Origin: Histomonas meleagridis 2922-C6/04-290x
Taxonomy: Eukaryota > Protista > Parabasalia
Length of the DNA: 64,000 nucleotides
Direction: 5' to 3'
NCBI GenBank assembly: GCA_020184695.1
Contig: JAANOX010000241.1
Coordinates: 310,001-374,000, forward strand
Of the stretch, positions 63,500 to 64,000 are shown piece after piece. Numbering within the stretch: position 1 is the stretch's first letter; the number at the start of each line of letters is the position of its first letter. Position numbers and translations under genes: made by a program. Below the pieces are notes generated by a model. The model was not told the DNA's origin. It saw only the letters and a program-made list of their open reading frames with translations, and searched no databases.

Positions 63500-64000
63500 A
63501 AAACTGCAAATCTAAACTTCAGATGATTGTTCACTACTCTCAATAATCTTTTTATGGGCATTATTCTTCTTTCTTCGAACAACAAGAACAATAACAACAG
63601 CAACAACAACAATTACGACAATAGCAACAGGAACAGCTATAGCCACTGCTGTATTGGTGTTACCTTTGGAATCATTTCCATTTGATTTCATTTCTTCATT
63701 TTTCGCAATGCTTCTTGTAATATTTGATTAAATTCTTGTTCTGTTTGGGCATTGTTTAATTTATCAATATATTCTTGTTGTAATTCGCCTAAATTTTCCA
63801 ACTTTCCAATATCTTGTTTTACTGATTCTTTTTTATTTGATTTTATTTCTTCATTTTGTGATTGCGCTTTTGCAACAATTTCATTTAATTCTTCTTGTGA
63901 GTTTGCATTTGAAATTTGTGTAGTATAATTTACTTTATTTTCTTCTTCTAAAAACTTTAAATCATCAATTTTATTCTTTGCTAATGTTTTTTGTGTTTCT
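63500..64000 (-). pseudogene. 3' part of a frameshifted surface protein gene with GA-module/FIVAR-like repeats and a C-terminal TM
   Basis: ...EEENKVNYTTQISNANSQEELNEIVAKAQ..., QDIGKLENLGELQQEY..KLNNAQTEQEFNQILQEA, and TM AVAIAVPVAIVVIVVVAVVIVLVV-RRKK. The gene runs off the window edge. Confidence 0.55.

Overview
AT-rich, gene-dense eukaryotic DNA with almost no canonical introns. It looks parabasalid (Trichomonas/Tritrichomonas-like), inferred from TCATTTCACT initiator-type motifs before ATGs, DUF3447-ankyrin genes and a BspA-like gene. Housekeeping genes: CYFIP/Sra1 (partial), tRNA-Glu, Vps60, Moco sulfurase, cyclophilin, glycogen debranching enzyme, an ABCB half-transporter, TMEM181, TTC5, a MINDY DUB, RPB6, a GCN2-like kinase, a Cdc20-like protein and gpmA. 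Mobile DNA: a decayed Mutator (MULE) element inserted in a BspA gene, and a non-autonomous Pack-MULE-like element (about 600-bp TIRs, 9-bp TSD) carrying an ankyrin-family pseudogene. Main discovery: three DUF3447-ankyrin genes (9.2-11.3 kb +, 19.3-17.4 kb -, 51.5-55.2 kb +) plus an orphan fragment at 2.7 kb. In these, every ankyrin repeat is separated from the next, always at the beta-hairpin, by an AT-rich spacer with no usable GT-AG boundaries. Of 25 spacers, 20 are exactly 80 nt. Most carry in-frame stops and all but one shift the frame, yet the ankyrin modules are intact and end in proper terminal modules. Removing a 51-nt block and a 17-nt block, and keeping a 9-nt micro-exon (usually Ile-Phe-Gly) plus 3 nt, rebuilds the consensus D-x-x-G-x-T-A-L and 34-aa repeats. 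Natural 63-nt and 44-nt variants fit this model, and the spacer folds into a hairpin with compensatory and G-U changes. This suggests a non-canonical splicing or recoding system that I do not recognise from any described one. The mechanism is inference and needs RNA-seq, Ribo-seq or proteomics. Several frameshifts lie in homopolymers and may be assembly errors.
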